This document shows positions 60,120 to 64,000 of a DNA stretch of 64,000 nt, piece by piece. The DNA is from Fistulifera solaris (lineage: Eukaryota), in contig AP026147.1 in NCBI GenBank assembly GCA_030295235.1, forward strand, positions 186,001 through 250,000, in the 5' to 3' direction. Under the pieces are notes generated by a model that worked only from the letters and a program-made list of their open reading frames with translations, had not been told where the DNA came from and did not search any database. Position numbers and translations under genes: made by a program. Position 1 is the stretch's first letter, and every line of letters starts with the position of its first letter.

Positions 60120-61006
60120 ATGCCACGAGGAAGTGAAGCCAAGTTGCGTCGGCGCAATCAACGCAAAGACGAAGACAAGCAGGATTTGAACGCTATTTTT
60201 GGTGATCCAAATGGTGAAGAAACCGACGAAGTTCCCTTACCGCCCCGCATGAAGAATGCGGCACCCGTCGACGATCATGACTCGGAAGAAGAAGCACCAC
60301 CGGCCATGCCCAAAAAGAAAAAGGGTAAAGCCGTTCCGATTGGAGTACCTCCACCATCATCGAAAGGCGGCATCAAACGGGCGCCTTTGATTCTGCTCAT
60401 TTTGATGACGGGCACTACGTTGTTACCCGCGTTGTTGTACGCGGGGGACTTTTGAGTTCGTTCTTGGCGAAATCCAACATCACCGGTGGACTGGGCTATC
60501 GCATGGGCATCGGACATGTTCCTCGCAAGCGGGTGTTGTCGTTTTATGAGAAACATGCCCCGGAAAAGGTGAACGATGTTCCGCATATTTTGTCAAAATA
60601 TTATGGCGATTACCCCAAATTGATCAAGAGTTTGGAACGAAAGTATCAAGATTACGGATATTTCATGGGATGGGAAGAAGATGAAGCACCCATGAAACTC
60701 ATGACGGAATATTTGAACGACATTTACAGTCTGTGGATCAAGCAATGGAACAGACACGCACCACAGGCCTTGAAAACGGCGGCACGGAATGCCAAGTACA
60801 ATATCATGACGGTGTACAAGAAAGGACGGAAGATTTGGAAAGCCAAAGTGTGGCCCATGTTGGAGCCCATCTTTGGTGTGCCCGATGGCGCCGACAAACA
60901 AAAGCGACAAGATGCGGCCGAAGCTCGAAAACGCCGCAAAACCGACGGTGGTAACAAACCGCGACGCAAGAATCGGGAGTTCCGAGATGATGTCGATGAT
61001 TCTTAG
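60120..61006 (+). CDS. Hypothetical membrane protein; frameshift at 60450-60453
   Basis: Charged N-terminus, hydrophobic segment PLILLILMTGTTLLPALLY and small helical module SFYEKHAPEKV..ILSKY.G..L..KY; adding one T joins the two ORFs. Confidence 0.7.
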
Positions 61007-61158
61007 AAGCGAATGCATATTTACATATATAAATCGTTCTTAAATATGATTTCATTTCGTCTATACATCGCATGTTTGATAGTCTCTTATAGCTTTTGTT
61101 GGTTTTTGTTCATGACGTTGTCGAGGTGAATGTGCTATACAATAGTGCAAAGTCCTGT

Positions 61159-62184
61159 TCATAGCCGTTGTGTTTCTTCGTGGCGCTGTATTAAGAGACG
61201 TTTGATGTTATCATACAGCGGTAAGTAGATACAAACAAACGGAACAATCCATGATATCCTCGCTTCCATGCCACTGAAAAGTCCTTCCACACCATGAGAT
61301 TCGAGTGTATTCATAGCACAGTCCCAGTAATTGCAACTTTCCTCGGAAAGCATCAATTTCGTTTTGATGGTGTCCATCGGAGTGGTCAAAAATGCCGCTA
61401 TGGCGCCCGTGATCGAGGCCGCCCCGACTTCACGCAGCGTCGACTTGCTCTCATTGTCAAACGCCTTTTTCAACAGTTCGTAAACACCCAATTCCAGCAT
61501 GGTATAAGGAACATCACGATAACAAGTGGCATCATAACCGACCAAGAAACCCTCGACCCCGGCCGATCCGGCGATTCCTTGCACCGCCGCCGAAAAATCG
61601 GGGTACAAACCCATCTGCAGTTGTTGTTTGACGAGTTCTCCTGGAACCAAGAAGAGGGAAGACGAAAGAAACGCAATGCCCGCTCCCACAAACAAAATCG
61701 TGGACGGCATATTCCGTTTCCACCATTCCCACGTGGCGAATTTGGCGGCCCCGGCCAACGCATCGGAACCCGCGTACACCAAAAAGCCGTGATAGAACCC
61801 CGCCAGTCCGGACGTCGTCCACAAGTACTGTGCCGCATCTCCCAAGCTGTTGTGTAGCCCCAATTCCCACCCCAGATCCGATTGCTGCAAGGTCTTGATG
61901 CAATCCATCGGATGGATCATCACGTCCGCCACAAACGTCGTCACGGCACCCGCGAGGGCCAATTGCACGAGAGGTACGGCCGGTACGAAGACTTGGTCGG
62001 GTACGGACGAATCATCCGTCTCTTCGCGACTGCGTTTCCGAGACGTCACTACGGAAGAAAGTTCGGGAAGCGTCATGCGCAATGGACAACTCGAACACCG
62101 AGGGACTCCTCGAGGCACCGCAAAGCCCACGGAAGGCTCACCGTGTTGAAGTAGTAGTAGGAGGAGAAGGACGTTGTACTTCAT
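61159..62184 (-). CDS. Mitochondrial-carrier-family transporter (SAM-carrier-like) with bipartite plastid-type presequence
   Basis: Signature repeats PMDCIKT, PGELVKQ and PMDTIKT; RDVPY; N-terminal signal plus VG-FAV. Confidence 0.85.
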   Translation of the reverse strand: MKYNVLLLLLLLQHGEPSVGFAVPRGVPRCSSCPLRMTLPELSSVVTSRKRSREETDDSSVPDQVFVPAVPLVQLALAGAVTTFVADVMIHPMDCIKTLQQSDLGWELGLHNSLGDAAQYLWTTSGLAGFYHGFLVYAGSDALAGAAKFATWEWWKRNMPSTILFVGAGIAFLSSSLFLVPGELVKQQLQMGLYPDFSAAVQGIAGSAGVEGFLVGYDATCYRDVPYTMLELGVYELLKKAFDNESKSTLREVGAASITGAIAAFLTTPMDTIKTKLMLSEESCNYWDCAMNTLESHGVEGLFSGMEARISWIVPFVCIYLPLYDNIKRLLIQRHEETQRL

Positions 62185-62943
62185 GGTATTTGCTGTCAAT
62201 ATTGGAACTGTATTCTCCGATATGCTTTGGACATCAATGGGAAGTGAAGTGAAGTTTTCTCCTTTCTCATTTGCCAATCAGAAGCTCCCAACAAAGTTCT
62301 TTCGTCTTTCTTCGCATCCAGGTGCCGCATCGATTCGTAGCGGTACCGAAGGTTAATTTTTTTAAAAACGGAAACGTCAGTGCTACGGACGAGTGCAAGA
62401 CGGTATATCTGACCGACGTTCTTTTTCACACACATTCATCCAGTGCCGAGTGTCTTGAAATATGAGTAGTTTTTGCTCAACAATAAAGTGTCCAACCTTA
62501 TTCCTCACTTAGTACAGAACTGCCTGAATTTTGATAACGGAATTTTCGACTCTACCACAAAAGGTAGTGCAGTCCGCCGAATTTTCTGGTAGTACCGTTA
62601 AATGCGTGACAGGGGGTTAAATGATAAAGGCAAATGGTTCTCAGGGGCTTTTGTCAGTGGTTTTGCAACTTCCAGCGAAGTCTTGCTGTGAACGACTGAA
62701 ACCTCGAGCCAGAACTCGAGCGATAAAACTGCAACGATGAAAACTCTCACTCCAGCTGTTGTTGTACCAGTACTTGCAACACAGCAACCCAAAGCAAACA
62801 AGGATTGAAGAGGACTGCACTATCCTTTGGACTTGCTATTAACAATCATCCCTTCTTACGTTAATAAGAAGAATTTTTCTGGCGGTTTCATGGAATGAAC
62901 AGTCAGAGAGAGAGAGCTGCTGTAATAATATATTTAGTCAACA

Positions 62944-64000
62944 ATGGTTCAATTTGCCGATTCTGTCGTCATTATACCGGACGGTTTAGATCCGTATACA
63001 CTGCCCTTGCATCCCGACGGAACCTACGTGGATGGAAGCGAATCGTTGTCGGCGGAAAGCTTGGGTTTGGATGGGCTGGACAATGATGCTTCCTTTCAAG
63101 ATGCGATGCCAGCAGAAATGAGTATGGGCGACATGTACGTGAACAGAATCGATATGCTATTTTTAGTTGCAGCGAATGTTAAAAAGTCTCACTCGATCTT
63201 GTCCTAATTATATTCAGCGGCGGCGATGCCATGGTCTTTTCCGATTCGTTTCTGACCGACGAGGACTTTAGTAGCATGAGTGATTTTTCTGAAGCGACGC
63301 TCGAAAAGGAACCACCTTCGGATTACGACATTCTCAAACAGATGGGCACGAATGCCGCCCTTTCGGGGGCAGTCGCTTTTGCGGCGCCGACACTGATGAA
63401 ATATGGTTCGCGCTTGATGAATCAATCGAATGAAGCCGAAGATGCGGCCCTGGATTCGGCGGCCCTGGCCAATTTGAGCAATTCGGCATCGTTTTCACAA
63501 GGTGGCAACGCGACAGGTGCCTTTCCTGGATTTGGGGCCATTCCGGGTGGTGGCGGCGCGTTTCAAGCGGGTGTCTCGTGAGTTACTTGTGGTTGATTGT
63601 TGGTGCACGCAAGTCATTCTAGTGGCAACTCAACCTTTTGCTTCTCTCTGTTTTTAAGAAAATCTGTGATGCAGCAAGCAATGATTTTAGCGGCACGATC
63701 CGCTTCCACTTCAGTCGGACAAGGCTCAGCCGCCTTGACAACGGCAGCTGGTGGAAGTGGTGTTGTTGCTGGAGCCGTCGGTGGTGCGGTAGGTGGAACC
63801 TTTGGAGCGCTGGGCATAGGCATGAATGTTTTATTTGTTACATCGGTCGCAATGTCCCTGATAGGAGGTGCCATCGTAGGGCTGACAACAGGAGGATTTC
63901 TTCGACCCGAAACGCGGGCGGATATTTTTGTTCCTCTCAATATTTCTCTCTTCGATTTCGAAGTCATTGCTTCTCCGTCTGTGGTTCCATCAACGGTTGA
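62944..64000 (+). CDS. Unknown family paralog C, divergent, truncated by window end (introns 63135-63217, 63578-63658)
   Basis: MVQFADSV..LPLHPDG, KQMG, and spliced exon 3 VMQQAMILAARSASTSVGQG followed by a Gly/Ala hydrophobic segment; same intron phases as paralogs A and B. Confidence 0.75.

Noticed and set aside
2791..60453. Genome-wide programmed ribosomal frameshifting
   Set aside because: The breaks go in both directions, occur in runs of any base and share no slippery motif or adjacent stop; sequencing error is far simpler.

Overview
Gene-dense eukaryotic nuclear DNA, most likely a pennate diatom. Supporting signs are short 58-139 bp GT-AG introns, bipartite signal+ASAF-type plastid targeting sequences and compact intergenic spacers; the gene style is Fistulifera-like, but the species cannot be proven from sequence. 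About 30 protein-coding loci are present. Recognisable housekeeping and signalling genes are an enoyl-CoA hydratase, a MerA/LPD-like flavoprotein, a sugar porter, a Rab8-like GTPase, an HRI-like eIF2alpha kinase, PI-PLC, an ACBP-ankyrin protein, a CDIN1-like nuclease, a THUMP methyltransferase, a GH125 mannosidase, an ARFRP1-like GTPase, UXS, XPO1, plastid Hsp90 and a mitochondrial-carrier-family protein. A decayed DD39D-type mariner transposase sits next to a zf-MYND gene. About 20 reading-frame breaks fall in short homopolymer runs and are best explained as sequencing errors. The most unusual items are: (1) a three-member family with identical intron structure encoding acidic FFAT-like N-terminus, Gly/Ala membrane segment, Pro/Thr/Ser mucin stalk and terminal beta-domain, a candidate ER-to-cell-surface tether/adhesin system; (2) a membrane-anchored, dileucine-tagged phytochelatin-synthase-like enzyme with a Trp-Trp 11-mer repeat stalk; (3) an apparently mitochondrion-targeted kinase combining EF-hands and two cyclic-nucleotide-binding domains; (4) a PAM2-ankyrin-BTB protein. 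No rRNA, tRNA or CRISPR was recognised. All family assignments are from motif recognition by eye, not database searches.
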